Below are positions 57,603-57,604 of a stretch of DNA of 57,604 nt, one piece after another. The DNA comes from a virus (Duplodnaviria > Caudoviricetes): positions 1-57,604 of the IMG/VR virus record IMGVR_UViG_3300033067_001582; one strand, 5' to 3'. The first letter of the stretch is position 1, and the number at the start of each line of letters is the position of its first letter. Under the pieces are notes generated by a model that saw only the letters and a list, made by a program, of their open reading frames with translations, ran no database searches and had not been told where the DNA came from. The position numbers were made by a program, and so were the translations under genes.

Positions 57603-57604
57603 AA

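Noticed and set aside
1-57604. Diversity-generating retroelement or retron
   Set aside because: No reverse transcriptase ORF and no template/variable repeat pair visible in this window.

Overview
A 57.6-kb, GC-rich segment of a tailed dsDNA phage or prophage. The P22-like portal, tail-nozzle and ejection-type genes, with no tape measure or sheath gene in the window, suggest a podovirus-like virion. The host is probably Planctomycetota (inferred from protein style only). Layout: (i) 1-17 kb, rightward replication/recombination genes: CsrA-like protein, stand-alone DEDD exonuclease, HNH fused in frame to a RecT-like protein, DUF669-like protein, DNA methyltransferase, RecD2-like helicase, ERCC4 nuclease and primase-helicase, followed by an AT-rich putative origin. 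(ii) 17.7-25.8 kb, a Tad1-like anti-Thoeris sponge, a membrane/papain-like protease block (candidate unconventional lysis module), a metallophosphoesterase, a GNAT and a dNMP kinase. (iii) 25.7-30.6 kb, a leftward operon of ten short ORFs ending in a serine recombinase; most ORFs are framed by two conserved boxes (ATCCTAGAAA before the RBS, TAGACGCGGCGCG at the stop), giving a gene-cassette-like array that is the most striking unexplained feature. (iv) 30.6-31.6 kb, a non-coding divergence region. (v) 31.6-37.9 kb, accessory genes including Tat-signal proteins, a RimI-like GNAT and an RNA ligase with an adjacent atypical tRNA(CAU). (vi) 37.9-57.6 kb, terminase, portal, scaffold, capsid, tail and probable ejection genes. 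A tRNA-shaped ncRNA without an anticodon arm, other structured intergenic segments and a repeated C-rich to G-rich switch within genes also stand out. All calls come from reading motifs by eye; no database searches were run.
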